From an uncultured Rickettsiales bacterium (GTDB lineage Bacteria > Pseudomonadota > Alphaproteobacteria > RF32 > CAG-239), in assembly GCA_900551865.1 (NCBI GenBank), contig URXV01000001.1:94743-158742 (forward strand): DNA of 64,000 bases, read 5' to 3'. Below, piece by piece: positions 41,653 through 53,108 of this stretch. Within the stretch, counting starts at the first letter, position 1. Each line of letters begins with the position of its first letter. Made by a program: the position numbers and the translations under genes. The notes beneath the pieces are model-generated. The model ran no database searches. It was not told the origin of the DNA and saw only the letters and a list, made by a program, of their open reading frames with translations.

Positions 41653-42082
41653 TGGTGGGTTGGAGGTTGGGCTGTACGGCCGAGCTGATATCTTTGAGCG
41701 GAATTGATTGAACGTCAATCAAACGGGTTCCTTCCTGATAGATTGTATTTTCAATTTTGTTCTGATAATCCAAAGGGTTCATATCGCGCGGATTGACGGA
41801 TGAGGACTGGCTAACCAAGGGGATTTCAGCCGTATCGGAGATTGGTTCCGAAATATTTGGAATAGCAGGAGGGGTGGCAGAGGGAGCGGAATTTGCCGCT
41901 GGCGATTGGAATTGCGAATTTGGCGAGGGGGCGACATAACCAAAAGGGTTTGGTGCATTTTGGGGCTGCTCGACAGTGATTTCGTTGCGCCCGCCGTCCG
42001 GCGTTGCGGCTGTTCCGATTATTTCGGTCGGTTCGCCCGGAGCGGCGGTAAGAATGATTGAAGTTAAAAGAATTGTCAACAT
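41630..42082 (-). CDS. Hypothetical secreted Pro/Ser-rich protein
   Basis: Signal peptide MLTILLTSIILTAAPG followed by a Pro-rich low-complexity region. Confidence 0.4.
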   Translation of the reverse strand: MLTILLTSIILTAAPGEPTEIIGTAATPDGGRNEITVEQPQNAPNPFGYVAPSPNSQFQSPAANSAPSATPPAIPNISEPISDTAEIPLVSQSSSVNPRDMNPLDYQNKIENTIYQEGTRLIDVQSIPLKDISSAVQPNLQPTITDYPSF

Positions 42083-42463
42083 ATGAATCCCCCGGTTTAT
42101 GCAGTTTGATGTTGCATAATAAATAATAGCTGCCGTTTTAAAATAAAGTGTGTTTTGGCAATTAGCGGCTAAAAAACAGAAAACCGTGTATTTTGTCTAA
42201 ATGTGCATAATCCGAATCTTTGTGCGGGGTTTAAAAGCAAAAATAAATGAATTTTTTTGATTTTTTGTGCATTTTTTTATTGCAATTATAAAATTTAAAT
42301 GTTACAAAGGCAACGCAACAAATGTTAAGGAAGTGTTAACTTTCTTGCGAAACAAATATAACCCATAATGCAGGCTGGTTGTTGCAAAAGTCTGCAGTAA
42401 TTTTTTAAATGGCAAGGCCCATAGCGGTGTTATTTGCCATTTAGTTATAGGAAAAGTGTTAAA

Positions 42464-42775
42464 ATGATGGATACACAAAACATAAGAATCCGCCTCAAGG
42501 CTTTTGACCATCGCCTGCTCGATTTGTCGACAAAGGAGATTGTTCATACGGCTAAAAGAACCGGGGCAAATGTCAGAGGGCCCATCCCTCTTCCGACTAA
42601 AATCGAGAAGTTTACGGTAAACCGTTCTCCTCACGTTGACAAAAAGTCGCGCGAGCAGTTTGAAATCCGTACTCACAAAAGGCTTCTTGATATTGTAGAT
42701 CCTACACCGCAGACCGTTGATGCGCTGATGAAATTAGACTTGGCGGCCGGCGTGAACGTAGAAATTAAGTTATAA
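42464..42775 (+). CDS. rpsJ: 30S ribosomal protein S10
   Basis: [14 protein letters not shown] is canonical S10. Confidence 0.95.
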   Translation: MMDTQNIRIRLKAFDHRLLDLSTKEIVHTAKRTGANVRGPIPLPTKIEKFTVNRSPHVDKKSREQFEIRTHKRLLDIVDPTPQTVDALMKLDLAAGVNVEIKL

Positions 42776-42831
42776 TTTTAATGTTGGTTTTTGAAAGATA
42801 AAATCAACCTATTGAAAAGGAAAAAATAATA

Positions 42832-43554
42832 ATGCGTACTGGTCTTATCGCAAAAAAACTTGGAATGACAAGGATTTTTGAAGCTGACGGCACTCATGTT
42901 CCGGTAACGGTTCTGGCGGTCGAGGGCTTGAAAGTCGTTAATGTCAGAACAAACGAAAAAGACGGATACAGCGCTGTTCAGCTTGGAACAGGAGCTGTGA
43001 AAGCGAAGAATTTGTCGAAGCCGCTGAAGGGCTATTTTACCAAGGTTAATGTTGAGCCGAAGAAGAAAATGGCTGAATTCAGGGTTTCCGAAGACTGTCT
43101 GCTGTCGGTTGGCGACGAATTGTCCGCCGAACATTTTGTGCCGGGGCAATATGTTGATGTATGTGCTAATTCCATCGGTAAAGGATTTGCCGGTGTTATG
43201 AAGCGTCATAACTTTGCCGGTTTGGAAGCGACGCACGGCGTTTCTCTGACGCACCGTTCGCACGGTTCTACGGGACAAAGACAGGATCCGGGCAAGGTAT
43301 TTAAGGGCAAGAAAATGGCCGGGCATATGGGTGATGAACGCGTAACCGTTCAGAACCTGAAAGTTGTTTCGGTTGACGCTTCCCGCGGTTTAATTATGGT
43401 AAAAGGCGGCGTTCCTGGTGCTGAAAATGCATGGGTTCGCGTTACCGATGCCATTAAAAAAACTGCAGACGTCAAACTGCCGATGCCTGCCGGTTTGAAA
43501 AAGGTTGATGAACCTGTTGCAGTTAAAGCTGAAGAAACAGCTGATAATGCATAA
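42832..43554 (+). CDS. rplC: 50S ribosomal protein L3
   Basis: [16 protein letters not shown]... is canonical L3. Confidence 0.95.
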   Translation: MRTGLIAKKLGMTRIFEADGTHVPVTVLAVEGLKVVNVRTNEKDGYSAVQLGTGAVKAKNLSKPLKGYFTKVNVEPKKKMAEFRVSEDCLLSVGDELSAEHFVPGQYVDVCANSIGKGFAGVMKRHNFAGLEATHGVSLTHRSHGSTGQRQDPGKVFKGKKMAGHMGDERVTVQNLKVVSVDASRGLIMVKGGVPGAENAWVRVTDAIKKTADVKLPMPAGLKKVDEPVAVKAEETADNA

Positions 43555-43574
43555 GAGATTAAGGAATTTTGAAT

Positions 43575-44195
43575 ATGAAACAGGACATCTTAAATTTAAA
43601 TAATGAAAATGTCGGAAGCATTGAATTAAACGATGCTATTTTCGGGCTTGAAGTCCGTGCCGATGTTTTGCACCGCGTGGTTAATTGGCAGCTTGCCATG
43701 CGCCAGTGCGGCAACCACCAGACCAAAGGGCGTTCCGACGTTGCTTTGACGCCTGCAAAGCCGTTTAAGCAAAAGGGTTCCGGCAACGCACGTCAGGGCA
43801 GCCGCAAAGGTACCCAGTTCAGAAAAGGTGGTATAGTGTTCGGACCGGTTGTCAGAGATCATTCTCATGACCTGACGAAAAAGTTCAGAAAACTTGGTCT
43901 GAAGACAGCTCTTTCGGCAAAAGCCAAAGAAGGAAACCTGATCGTTATTGACGAGGCAAAGCTTGAAAACGCAAAGACGAAAGATTTACTGGCTAAATTG
44001 AACGTCTGCGGTTTGAAAAACTGCCTGTTTATTGACGGTAAGGAAGTTGATGTTAATTTCGCATTGGCAAGCCGCAATATTGCCGGAGTTGACGTACTGC
44101 CGACAATCGGTGCCAATGTGTACGATATTTTGAAGAAAGAGAAGTTGGTATTAACTAAAGAGGCTGTTGCTTGCTTGGAGGAAAGATTACAATGA
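43575..44195 (+). CDS. rplD: 50S ribosomal protein L4
   Basis: L4 family. Its stop overlaps the rplW start (ATGA). Confidence 0.9.
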   Translation: MKQDILNLNNENVGSIELNDAIFGLEVRADVLHRVVNWQLAMRQCGNHQTKGRSDVALTPAKPFKQKGSGNARQGSRKGTQFRKGGIVFGPVVRDHSHDLTKKFRKLGLKTALSAKAKEGNLIVIDEAKLENAKTKDLLAKLNVCGLKNCLFIDGKEVDVNFALASRNIAGVDVLPTIGANVYDILKKEKLVLTKEAVACLEERLQ

Positions 44196-44509
44196 AAAAA
44201 TCAGATAATGCAAACAATGTAACTGCAGCTATGTATGATACATTACTTCGTCCGGTAATTACCGAAAAGTCGATGATGTCTTCCGAAAACGGCAAAGTGG
44301 TCTTTATGGTTCCGCTGTCTGCTACGAAAGAAGATGTTAAAGCGGCTGTTGAAGCTATCTTTAACGTAAAGGTAAACAAGGTAAATACCGTGAAACAAGC
44401 CGGTAAGGTAAAACGTTTCAGAGGTTTTCAGGGCGTCCGTTCTGATTACAAAAAGGCCGTTATTACGCTTGCCGAAGGTCAAAATATTGATGTTACAGCA
44501 GGAATTTAG
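44192..44509 (+). CDS. rplW: 50S ribosomal protein L23
   Basis: L23 family, start at internal ATG 44192. Confidence 0.9.
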   Translation: MKKSDNANNVTAAMYDTLLRPVITEKSMMSSENGKVVFMVPLSATKEDVKAAVEAIFNVKVNKVNTVKQAGKVKRFRGFQGVRSDYKKAVITLAEGQNIDVTAGI

Positions 44510-44511
44510 CC

Positions 44512-45348
44512 ATGGCTTTGAAAACATATAAACCTGCCACTCCGGGTCTTCGTCAGCTGATTATCGTTGACAGAAGTGAGCTTTATAAAGGCAATCCGGA
44601 AAAGAGTCTGACCGTTGGTCTGACCAAAAGCGGCGGGCGTGATAATTTCGGACACGTCACAAGTCGGAGAATCGGCGGCGGACACAAACGCAAGTACCGT
44701 GTTATCGACTTTAAGCGTAATAAATTTGATTGTGAAGCAACCGTCGAGAGAATCGAATATGATCCTAACCGCACGTCTTTTATTGCATTAATCAATTATG
44801 AAGACGGCGAAAAGGCTTATATTCTGGCTCCGCAAAGACTGAAAGCCGGCGATAAGGTCATTTCTTCGGAAAAGGCCGATATTAAGCCGGGCAATGCAAT
44901 GCCTTTGAAGAGTATGCCGGTTGGTACGATTGTACACAACGTTGAGTTGAAAGTTGGCAAAGGCGGACAGTTGGTTCGTTCTGCCGGCTGTTATGCTCAG
45001 GTTGTCGGTAAAGATGCAGGCTATGCACAGTTGAAACTTTCTTCCGGCGAGTTGAGAATCGTCCGCGAAGAATGTCTGGCTACGGTTGGAGCTGTTTCCA
45101 ATCCGGATAACCAGAACGTTTCTCTGGGTAAGGCCGGCCGCGCAAGATGGCTGGGCGCACGTCCGGTATCCCGCGGTGTTGCGATGAACCCTGTTGACCA
45201 CCCGCACGGCGGTGGTGAAGGCCGTACTTCCGGCGGACGCCATCCGGTTACGCCGTGGGGCAAGCCAACCAAGGGTGCCAAAACTCGTTCTAACAAGAAG
45301 ACAGATCGCTTTATTATGAGATCTCGTCATGAAAACAAAAAGAAATAA
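44512..45348 (+). CDS. rplB: 50S ribosomal protein L2
   Basis: 278 aa canonical L2. Confidence 0.95.
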   Translation: MALKTYKPATPGLRQLIIVDRSELYKGNPEKSLTVGLTKSGGRDNFGHVTSRRIGGGHKRKYRVIDFKRNKFDCEATVERIEYDPNRTSFIALINYEDGEKAYILAPQRLKAGDKVISSEKADIKPGNAMPLKSMPVGTIVHNVELKVGKGGQLVRSAGCYAQVVGKDAGYAQLKLSSGELRIVREECLATVGAVSNPDNQNVSLGKAGRARWLGARPVSRGVAMNPVDHPHGGGEGRTSGGRHPVTPWGKPTKGAKTRSNKKTDRFIMRSRHENKKK

Positions 45349-45360
45349 GGAGGTAAACAG

Positions 45361-45639
45361 ATGACTCGTTCCGTATGGAAAGGACCTTTTGTAGATGGTT
45401 ATCTTCTTAAGAAAGCTGATGCAGCAAGAGCATCTACTCGTAATGAAGTGATTAAAATCTGGTCTCGCCGTTCGACGATGTTGCCGCAGTTTGTCGGTCT
45501 GACATTCGGCGTGCACAACGGCCACAAGTTTATCCCGGTACTGGTTACCGAGGAAATGGTTGGCCACAAGTTCGGCGAATTTGCTCCGACACGTACCTTC
45601 TATGGTCACGCTGCAGATAAAAAAGTTAAGAGAGGTTAA
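45361..45639 (+). CDS. rpsS: 30S ribosomal protein S19
   Basis: Canonical S19. Confidence 0.95.
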   Translation: MTRSVWKGPFVDGYLLKKADAARASTRNEVIKIWSRRSTMLPQFVGLTFGVHNGHKFIPVLVTEEMVGHKFGEFAPTRTFYGHAADKKVKRG

Positions 45640-45641
45640 TT

Positions 45642-46016
45642 ATGGGAAAAACTAAAGATACAAGAAGACTTGCCGACAACCAGGCGATGGCTGTATGCAA
45701 TTCTATCCGTTCCAGCTCTCGTAAATTAAACCTTGTTGCTCAGACAATCAGAGGCTTAAGCGCCGAGAAAGCTGTTGCAGAACTTAGCTTTTCTAAGAAG
45801 AGAATTGCAAAAGTTGCTTTAGAAGTGTTGAAATCGGCTATTGCCAATGCTGAAAACAACCACAAGCTCAACATTGACAAGCTTGTTGTTGCCGAAGCCT
45901 ATACCGGCAATGGCATTGTTATGAAACGTATGCATGCACGCGGTCGCGGCAGAGGCGCAAGGGTTTTGAAACCTTTCTCGAAGCTGACCATCGTTGTTGC
46001 AGAACGTGGGGAGTAA
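45642..46016 (+). CDS. rplV: 50S ribosomal protein L22
   Basis: Canonical L22. Confidence 0.95.
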   Translation: MGKTKDTRRLADNQAMAVCNSIRSSSRKLNLVAQTIRGLSAEKAVAELSFSKKRIAKVALEVLKSAIANAENNHKLNIDKLVVAEAYTGNGIVMKRMHARGRGRGARVLKPFSKLTIVVAERGE

Positions 46017-46021
46017 GTTAA

Positions 46022-46690
46022 ATGGGACAGAAAGTTAATCCGATCAGTCTTCGTTTAGGCGTTAACCGCACATGGGATTCTCGTTGGTATGCCGACGAGA
46101 AGTTCACGGACTATCTCCACGAAGATCTGAAAATCAGAAAGTTTTTGAAGGAAAAGTTGGCTCAGGCCGGTATCAGCAAGGTTGTTATTGAACGCCCTGC
46201 CAAGAAAGCCAGAGTCACTATTCATTCAGCAAGACCGGGTGTTGTAATTGGCAAGAAAGGTCAAGACATTGAGCTGTTGAGAAAAGACATTCAAAAGTTG
46301 ACCGATTCCGAAGTCCAGTTAAACATTCTGGAAGTCAGAAAGCCGGAACTGGATGCACAGCTGGTTGCAGATTCCGTTGCGCAGCAGCTGGAAAGACGCG
46401 TTGCTTTCCGCCGTGCAATGAAGAGAGTTATGCAGTCTGCCCTGCGTCTGGGTGCCGAAGGTATCAAGGTTTGCTGTTCGGGTCGTCTCGGCGGTGCCGA
46501 AATTGCAAGAACCGAGTATTACCGTGAAGGCAGAGTGCCTTTGCACACTCTCCGCGCCGATATTGACTATGCTACTTCAACTGCTCACACCACTTATGGT
46601 GCCTGCGGCGTTAAGGTTTGGATTTACAAAGGTGAGATTATGGCTCACGATCCAATGGCACAAGACAAGAAATTGGCTGAACAAAAGTAA
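46022..46690 (+). CDS. rpsC: 30S ribosomal protein S3
   Basis: KH domain plus S3 C-terminus. Confidence 0.95.
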   Translation: MGQKVNPISLRLGVNRTWDSRWYADEKFTDYLHEDLKIRKFLKEKLAQAGISKVVIERPAKKARVTIHSARPGVVIGKKGQDIELLRKDIQKLTDSEVQLNILEVRKPELDAQLVADSVAQQLERRVAFRRAMKRVMQSALRLGAEGIKVCCSGRLGGAEIARTEYYREGRVPLHTLRADIDYATSTAHTTYGACGVKVWIYKGEIMAHDPMAQDKKLAEQK

Positions 46691-46705
46691 GAATGAGGTT
46701 TTAAG

Positions 46706-47134
46706 ATGTTAAGTCCAAAACGTGTAAAGTTCCGCAAGCAGCATAAAGGCCGTATTCACGGCGTTGCCAAAGGCGGTGCTGAATTGAGTTTCGGTTCATA
46801 CGGATTGAAAGCTCTTTCACCGGAGCGCGTTACCGCACGCCAGATTGAGGCTGCCCGCCGCGCTATCACCCGTGAAATGAAAAGAGCCGGCCGTTTATGG
46901 ATCAGAATTTTCCCGGATGTTCCTGTGTCAGACAAGCCTGCCGAGGTTCGTATGGGTAAAGGTAAAGGTGCTCCTGAATTTTGGGTAGCAAGAGTTAAAC
47001 CCGGACGCATTATGTTTGAAATTGGCGAGGTAGACGAAGATACCGCGCGCAGAGCATTTGCGCTGGGTGCAGCAAAATTGCCCGTTAAGAGCAAATTTGT
47101 TAAACGCTTGAATTCTGATAATGGAGAAGCATAA
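46706..47134 (+). CDS. rplP: 50S ribosomal protein L16
   Basis: [16 protein letters not shown] is canonical L16. Confidence 0.95.
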   Translation: MLSPKRVKFRKQHKGRIHGVAKGGAELSFGSYGLKALSPERVTARQIEAARRAITREMKRAGRLWIRIFPDVPVSDKPAEVRMGKGKGAPEFWVARVKPGRIMFEIGEVDEDTARRAFALGAAKLPVKSKFVKRLNSDNGEA

Positions 47135-47331
47135 TGGTGAAAATTAAAGATTTGAGAGCTATGAGCGTTGACGAGCTCGAAGCAAGACTCGTAGAATGCA
47201 AGAAAGAGCAATTAAGTTTGCGCATTCAGCAGGCTACCGGTCAGCTGCAGAACCCGTCGGCTATCTCTAAAGTTCGTAAAGAAGTAGCTCAAATCAATAC
47301 GCTTTTAACAGAGCGTAAGAAGAATAGTTAG
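47134..47331 (+). CDS. rpmC: 50S ribosomal protein L29
   Basis: 65 aa L29. Confidence 0.9.
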   Translation: MVKIKDLRAMSVDELEARLVECKKEQLSLRIQQATGQLQNPSAISKVRKEVAQINTLLTERKKNS

Positions 47332-47342
47332 GAGAAAAACAG

Positions 47343-47585
47343 ATGCCTAAAAGAATTCTTCAGGGCGTTGTTGTAAGCGCCAAACAGGATAAGACCGTCG
47401 TTGTCAGCGTTGAGCGTCAGGTTATGCATCCTGTTTACAAGAAGATCGTTAAGAGAAGCAAGAAGTTTGCCGCTCATGACGAAAACAACCAGTTCAAAGA
47501 AGGGGATCAGGTTTCGATTATTGAATCCAAACCTTATTCCAAAACCAAGACTTGGACTGTAATCAGTAATAATGAAAATGCCTAA
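47343..47585 (+). CDS. rpsQ: 30S ribosomal protein S17
   Basis: Canonical S17. Confidence 0.95.
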   Translation: MPKRILQGVVVSAKQDKTVVVSVERQVMHPVYKKIVKRSKKFAAHDENNQFKEGDQVSIIESKPYSKTKTWTVISNNENA

Positions 47586-47602
47586 TTAGGAAGGAATGAA
47601 TT

Positions 47603-47971
47603 ATGATACAGATGCAAACCAACCTAGATGTTGCGGATAATTCTGGAGCACGTCAGGTGCAGTGCATTAAAGTTCTTGGCGGTTCCAAGAGAATGCATGC
47701 TTCAGTCGGTGACATTATTATCGTTTCCGTAAAAGATGCAATGCCTAAAGGGCGTGTAAAGAAAGGCGACGTTCAGCGCGCGGTTATCGTCAGAACGGCG
47801 AGCGACATCAGACGCAAGGACGGAAGCGTTATCCGTTTTGACAGCAATGCGGCGGTTCTGGTCAACAAAGACGGCGAGCCTATCGGCACCCGTATCTTTG
47901 GCCCGGTTACCAGAGAGTTGCGTGCGAAAAAATTTATGAAGATAATTTCTTTAGCGCCGGAGGTTTTGTAA
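47603..47971 (+). CDS. rplN: 50S ribosomal protein L14
   Basis: [17 protein letters not shown] is canonical L14. Confidence 0.95.
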   Translation: MIQMQTNLDVADNSGARQVQCIKVLGGSKRMHASVGDIIIVSVKDAMPKGRVKKGDVQRAVIVRTASDIRRKDGSVIRFDSNAAVLVNKDGEPIGTRIFGPVTRELRAKKFMKIISLAPEVL

Positions 47972-48285
47972 TGAGCAAAATGAAAATCAAAAAAGGTGAT
48001 AAAGTAATCGTTATTGCGGGTGATGACAAAGGCAAAACCGGCGAAGTCTTGAAGGCTATGCCGAAAGAAGGCAAAGTTGTCGTTCAGGGCGTCAACCTGG
48101 TTAAAAGACACACGAAGCCGAGCCAGACCAACCCCGGCGGTATTGTTACCAAAGAAGCGGCTATTCAGGTTTCTAACGTAGCGGCCGTAACGGCTGAAGG
48201 CAAGCCCTCAAAGGTTGGCTATAAGGTTGTTGACGGCATTAAGAAGCGTGTTGCCCGGAAATCCGGTGAAGTAATCGATAATTAG
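47971..48285 (+). CDS. rplX: 50S ribosomal protein L24
   Basis: KOW domain, L24. Confidence 0.95.
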   Translation: MSKMKIKKGDKVIVIAGDDKGKTGEVLKAMPKEGKVVVQGVNLVKRHTKPSQTNPGGIVTKEAAIQVSNVAAVTAEGKPSKVGYKVVDGIKKRVARKSGEVIDN

Positions 48286-48293
48286 GAGATAAT

Positions 48294-48836
48294 TTGATGA
48301 CAAATTTTGAAACATTATATAATGATGTCATTAAGAAAGCTCTTGTGGAAAAGTTCGGTTACAAGAACCCGCATGAGATTCCGAAGTTGACAAAGATTGT
48401 TCTGAATATGGGCGTCGGCGATGCCATTACAGACAAGAAAAAGCTGAACAATGCCGTTGAGGAAATGGCGATGATTGCCGGTCAGAAACCGGTAGTTACT
48501 TCCGCCAGAAAATCAATCGCAACCTTTAAGCTGAGAGAAGGCATGCCGATCGGCTGCAAGGTTACGCTGCGTTCAGACAGAATGTATGAATTCCTTGAGC
48601 GCTTGGTTAATATGGCCCTTCCGCGCATCAGAGACTTTCACGGCATTTCGGGAAAGAACTTTGACGGAAGAGGGAACTTTGCTTTTGGCATTAAAGAGCA
48701 GATTATTTTCCCTGAAATTAACTATGAAAAGGTTGAACAGGTCAGAGGTATGGATATTGTTATCTGCACTTCGGCCAAGACGGACGAAGAAGCCAAGTTT
48801 CTTCTGACATCTTTCAACTTACCATATAAGAAATAA
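48294..48836 (+). CDS. rplE: 50S ribosomal protein L5
   Basis: Canonical L5. Confidence 0.95.
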   Translation: MMTNFETLYNDVIKKALVEKFGYKNPHEIPKLTKIVLNMGVGDAITDKKKLNNAVEEMAMIAGQKPVVTSARKSIATFKLREGMPIGCKVTLRSDRMYEFLERLVNMALPRIRDFHGISGKNFDGRGNFAFGIKEQIIFPEINYEKVEQVRGMDIVICTSAKTDEEAKFLLTSFNLPYKK

Positions 48837-48850
48837 GCGGAGATTTTACT

Positions 48851-49156
48851 ATGTCAAAAACAAGTTCAGTATACAGAAACTTGAAAAGAGTGAAGATGGT
48901 TGCGAAATATGCGAACATCCGCTCCAAGTTAAAGGCCATTGCCGATGACAAAAACGCTCCTGAAGAAGAAAGATTTCAGGCGAATTTGAAGTTGGCAGCG
49001 TTGCCGCGCAATTCTTCAAAGGTCAGAGTAAGAAACCGTTGCAGAATTACGGGACGCTCTCGTAGTGTTAGCAGGAAGTTCGGAGTAAGCCGCGTTGAAT
49101 TGAGACAGATGGCAAGCTTCGGCGAAATTCCTGGTTTGGTAAAATCAAGCTGGTAA
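48851..49156 (+). CDS. rpsN: 30S ribosomal protein S14
   Basis: 101-aa long-form S14. Confidence 0.95.
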   Translation: MSKTSSVYRNLKRVKMVAKYANIRSKLKAIADDKNAPEEERFQANLKLAALPRNSSKVRVRNRCRITGRSRSVSRKFGVSRVELRQMASFGEIPGLVKSSW

Positions 49157-49168
49157 GGAGATGATATT

Positions 49169-49567
49169 ATGTCTATGACTGATCCTTTGGGCGATATGCT
49201 CACACGCATTAGAAACGCACAAAGAGCGAAGAAAAGTGATGTTGTATCACCGGCCTCTCGCCTGCGTGAAAATGTTTTGGAAGTTCTGAAAAGAGAAGGC
49301 TACATTGCCGGTTATGAAAAGGCCAATGTACGTCCGGGCGTTGACGAACTTCGTATTCAATTAAAGTATCATGAGGGTACAAGTGTTATTACTGAAATTT
49401 ACCGCGTTTCCACTCCGGGACGCCGCGTATATTCCAGTGTAAGAGACCTGCCTAGAGTTTACAACGGCCTCGGCATTTCCATCGTTTCAACCCCGAAAGG
49501 CGTTATGAGCGATAACGAAGCCAGAAAAGCAAACGTCGGCGGCGAAATCTTGTGCCAGGTTTTCTAG
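49169..49567 (+). CDS. rpsH: 30S ribosomal protein S8
   Basis: Canonical S8. Confidence 0.95.
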   Translation: MSMTDPLGDMLTRIRNAQRAKKSDVVSPASRLRENVLEVLKREGYIAGYEKANVRPGVDELRIQLKYHEGTSVITEIYRVSTPGRRVYSSVRDLPRVYNGLGISIVSTPKGVMSDNEARKANVGGEILCQVF

Positions 49568-49578
49568 GGAGATAGCGG

Positions 49579-50115
49579 ATGTCAAGAGTTGGAAAATATC
49601 CCGTAATTATCCCGGAAGGCGTTAGCGCGTCCGTTAACGGCAATGTTGTTAACGTTAAAGGAAAATTGGGTGAATTAAGCTTTGCTTATGATGATTCTCA
49701 TGTAAATGTAGAAATTAACGATGGTAAAATTGTGGTTACGCCGCACTCTCAGAGCCGTACGGCACGGACGTTGTGGGGCACGACCAGAGCCCAGATCAAT
49801 TCTCTGGTAAAAGGCGTCAGCGCCGGCTACAGCAAGAGCATTGAACTGAACGGCGTTGGTTACAAAGCCCGTATGGACGGCAAGAATCTGGTTCTGACGC
49901 TGGGCTTTTCGCACGATGTACCGTTTGAAACCCCGAAAGGCATTACCATTGTCTGCGAAAGCCAGACGACCCTTAAGGTCAGCGGCGTTGACAAGCAGCT
50001 GGTAGGTCAGGTTGCGGCTGAAATTCGCAAATACAGAAAGCCTGAACCTTATAAAGGAAAAGGCATTCGCGTAGACGGCGAATATGTACGTCGTAAAGAA
50101 GGCAAGAAGAAATAG
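49579..50115 (+). CDS. rplF: 50S ribosomal protein L6
   Basis: Canonical L6. Confidence 0.95.
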   Translation: MSRVGKYPVIIPEGVSASVNGNVVNVKGKLGELSFAYDDSHVNVEINDGKIVVTPHSQSRTARTLWGTTRAQINSLVKGVSAGYSKSIELNGVGYKARMDGKNLVLTLGFSHDVPFETPKGITIVCESQTTLKVSGVDKQLVGQVAAEIRKYRKPEPYKGKGIRVDGEYVRRKEGKKK

Positions 50116-50126
50116 GATGTAAAGCA

Positions 50127-50489
50127 ATGAATACACCAAGAAAATTATATGAGAAGAGAAAAGCCCGTGTTAGAACGGCTTTGAAAGCCGCAGCGAATGG
50201 AAAGATGAGACTGTCTGTATTTCGCAGCGGAAAGCATATTTATGCGCAGGTTATTGACGATGCAAAAGGTGCTACAGTTGCTTCTGCTTCTACCTTGGAT
50301 AAGGAAGTAAGAGACAATATTGCGAAGTCTTCAAATATTGAAGCTGCGCAGTATGTCGGCAAAGTAGTTGCTGAACGCGCCGTTAAAAACGGCGTCAGCG
50401 AAGTTGTGTTTGACCGTGGCGGTTATGTTTATCATGGCCGGGTGAAGGCTCTGGCGGATTCTGCCCGCGAAGCCGGATTGAAGTTTTAG
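50127..50489 (+). CDS. rplR: 50S ribosomal protein L18
   Basis: Canonical L18. Confidence 0.95.
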   Translation: MNTPRKLYEKRKARVRTALKAAANGKMRLSVFRSGKHIYAQVIDDAKGATVASASTLDKEVRDNIAKSSNIEAAQYVGKVVAERAVKNGVSEVVFDRGGYVYHGRVKALADSAREAGLKF

Positions 50490-50495
50490 GAGGTT

Positions 50496-51065
50496 ATGAT
50501 GGCACAATCTTTAGATCGTCACAATAAGACGGACAAGAAAGAAGAACTGGTTGAGAAACTGGTTTTCGTTAACCGCGTAGCCAAGACCGTTAAAGGCGGA
50601 CGCACAATGTCTTTTGCCGCTTTGGTAGTTGTTGGTGACCAGAAAGGCCGCATCGGCTTTGGTTCCGGCAAAGCAGCCGAAGTTCCGGAAGCTATTGTTA
50701 AGGCTACAAACGAAGCGAAAAAGAATATGGTTCGCATTCCGCTTCGCGAAGGCAGAACGCTGCATCACGACATCAGCGGCAGATTTGGCGCCGGAAAAGT
50801 CGTCTTGAGAACAGCTCCTGCCGGTACCGGCGTGATTGCCGGCGGCCCGATGCGTGCAGTATTTGAAGTGCTGGGCGTTCAGGACGTTGTTGCAAAATCG
50901 CTCGGTTCCAACAACCCTTACAATATGATTAAAGCGACGTTTGCGGCTTTGCTGGCTATCAACAGCCCGCGTATGGTTGCGGCGAAGCGCGGCAAGAAAG
51001 TCGGTGATATTGTAAGCCGTCGCGAAAATACTTCTAACGTTAAGATGGACAAAGAGGAGGCTTAA
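50496..51065 (+). CDS. rpsE: 30S ribosomal protein S5
   Basis: Canonical S5. Confidence 0.95.
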   Translation: MMAQSLDRHNKTDKKEELVEKLVFVNRVAKTVKGGRTMSFAALVVVGDQKGRIGFGSGKAAEVPEAIVKATNEAKKNMVRIPLREGRTLHHDISGRFGAGKVVLRTAPAGTGVIAGGPMRAVFEVLGVQDVVAKSLGSNNPYNMIKATFAALLAINSPRMVAAKRGKKVGDIVSRRENTSNVKMDKEEA

Positions 51066-51067
51066 TC

Positions 51068-51253
51068 ATGGCTAATAAAAAGACAGTTAAGGTTACTCAG
51101 GTAAAGAGTTCCATCGGCCACGGCAAAGAGCAGATTGCTACTTTGAAAGGTTTGGGCTTGAATAAAGTCGGCAGAACTTCCGTTTTGGAAGATACTCCGG
51201 CCGTTAGAGGAATGATTAATAAGGTAGCTCACCTCATTAAAGTTGAAGAATAA
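51068..51253 (+). CDS. rpmD: 50S ribosomal protein L30
   Basis: 61 aa L30. Confidence 0.9.
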   Translation: MANKKTVKVTQVKSSIGHGKEQIATLKGLGLNKVGRTSVLEDTPAVRGMINKVAHLIKVEE

Positions 51254-51370
51254 TTGTTCAGGGGCAGCAACGGGCAGGTGTAAATCTGCCCAGCCCCGAC
51301 GGTTTGAGGTTGGGGTATCCCGAACAAGAAATTTTTGATTTTAAGTTGAGTTGAAGAAAAGGTGATAAAA

Positions 51371-51826
51371 ATGAAACTGAATGAATTAAGAGATAACGAA
51401 GGCGCCACGAAGAGCCGTATCCGCGTTGGTCGCGGCATCGGCAGCGGCAAGGGCAAAACCGGCGGCCGCGGCGTTAAAGGTCAGAAATCTCGTTCCGGCG
51501 TTTCTATTCACGGTTTTGAAGGCGGTCAGATGCCGATTTACCGCAGATTGCCGAAACGCGGTTTTAAGAATCCGTTCGCGAAGACTTTTGCCGTTATTAA
51601 TCTGGATACAATCCAGAAGGCTATTGATGCCGGCAAATTAAATGCCAATGACATCAATAAGGAAAGTTTGGTTGCTTCCAACCTGATTTCCAAAGAGTTG
51701 GACGGTATTCGCCTGTTGGCAAGAGGCGCGTTGACGGCATCTATCAATATTACGGTAGATTCTGCGTCTAAGGCGGCTGTTGCAGCGGTTGAAAAAGCCG
51801 GCGGCAAAGTTACCGTTAATGCCTAA
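51371..51826 (+). CDS. rplO: 50S ribosomal protein L15
   Basis: [30 protein letters not shown] is canonical L15, with ATG at 51371 after GAAAAGGTGA. Confidence 0.95.
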   Translation: MKLNELRDNEGATKSRIRVGRGIGSGKGKTGGRGVKGQKSRSGVSIHGFEGGQMPIYRRLPKRGFKNPFAKTFAVINLDTIQKAIDAGKLNANDINKESLVASNLISKELDGIRLLARGALTASINITVDSASKAAVAAVEKAGGKVTVNA

Positions 51827-51847
51827 TCGGGTATGAAAGAAAGCAAA

Positions 51848-51873
51848 GGCAGGCTGAGAGGCCTGCCTTTTTT
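51848..51873 (+). terminator. Rho-independent terminator immediately after rplO
   Basis: GGCAGGC-TGAGAG-GCCTGCC followed by TTTTTT. Confidence 0.75.
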
Positions 51874-51944
51874 ATGGGGTGGTGGTAGGGGCTGTTGTTT
51901 GGAAGATGAATTTGAGAAGGTTAATTTAGGAAGATGGGTTTTTA

Positions 51945-52110
51945 GGTCTATGGGGGCGTTTCTGAGGGGATTTTGACGTTTGGAGAGTGGGATATCGGTA
52001 GCTGTTTTTGGGGAGAGATAGGGGCGTTTGAAGAGTAAAATGCCGATAGCCGCTTTGGGGGAGGGATTGGGGCGTAAAATATCAATAGCTGTTGGGAAGA
52101 GGGACGGTTG
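51945..52110 (+). repeat. G-rich degenerate tandem repeat (about 45-50 nt period, 3-4 copies)
   Basis: Recurring units ...GATAGC(T/C)G(T)TTTGGGGAG(A/G)GAT(A/T)GGGGCGT(TT/AA)... It is non-coding; the minus-strand ORF here is Pro-rich nonsense. Confidence 0.5.
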
Positions 52111-52142
52111 CCGGCGGAGGTGTGAGCGGGAGGGAAAACGAC

Positions 52143-52580
52143 CTATTCGGCGAAAGTAGTCCATTGTGGCATATTGAGCAGCGTGTTCAACCGGCTGCAA
52201 AAGTTTTCACCCAAGCTGAAAGAATTAAGAAGTTTAGCATTACGTTCTGTCAGCAGAATAAAACTGAAACGGTTGGGGTTTTGCCGGTCTTTGACACATA
52301 AGTACGGATAAGTCTGGGCGACGACGTTTCTTCTTTTCCATTTATACGCCCGGCCCTCATAAATCTTATAGGGGAGCCGGGGGCAGGCATAGGGAGAACG
52401 GGCAGGTTGAATTAGGGTGTCGCTGATTTTTTCTTTTTGCCATTCGGGGAAAGTCTGAATCAATGTGTAGCATGATATGACATCGTCTTCGGAAATTTTT
52501 TCAACGGAAACCGCAGGCCGGGAAAAAACGGGAAGCAGACAGAGAGTTATGATGAGGAATATACAGTTGTGTTTTTTCAT
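52143..52580 (-). CDS. Hypothetical secreted protein
   Basis: Signal peptide MKKHNCIFLIITLCLLPVFSRPAVS. I moved the start to internal ATG 52580. Confidence 0.45.
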   Translation of the reverse strand: MKKHNCIFLIITLCLLPVFSRPAVSVEKISEDDVISCYTLIQTFPEWQKEKISDTLIQPARSPYACPRLPYKIYEGRAYKWKRRNVVAQTYPYLCVKDRQNPNRFSFILLTERNAKLLNSFSLGENFCSRLNTLLNMPQWTTFAE

Positions 52581-53108
52581 GCGAATAGCCCTTTTTGCTT
52601 TAAATGTCCTGAATACAGAAAAACCACCTGAGAGGTGGCCGGGAAGTTCGCAAATCAAATACGATTAAATGATTCTCTAGGCTTTTAAAGTCTGAGACTT
52701 CTGGACATATCCTAAAGCTCCCCGACCTTTTGCAGTCGGGGATATAATCAATTATCAGCCGATTTCAGGCTGGTAATTTTACGATGTTATATCCTGAACA
52801 CCGAATCGTATTAGAGGCTTGCGACAGCCCGCACCGTCTCCGGCACTTGCAGATGTTGCCATCTGCTGTTTGTATATTACCGGGTATTGAATTTTGTGCA
52901 AGTTTTTTTTGCAGGGCGGGTAATAACTTGGTAAAGAAATTGCTTGACAGGCCGAGGTCGGCCTGATATTTTGCTTATGAGCTTGGCAAACGCTCGGAAT
53001 GTCCGCCAAAGGATTCATTGCCATAATGTTTTTTTACATAGATTTCTTGAGACGGCTTATTCAGCCCATCGGGCAGGCGATAAGGTAAGTTGTCGGAAAG
53101 GAATTGCC

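Noticed and set aside
51945-52110. Possible CRISPR array
   Set aside because: The repeats are degenerate and there are no unique spacers of regular length. No cas genes are nearby.
51823-52200. 125-aa minus-strand ORF with Pro-rich repeats
   Set aside because: It is a translation artefact of the G-rich tandem repeat region, with no RBS or start context.
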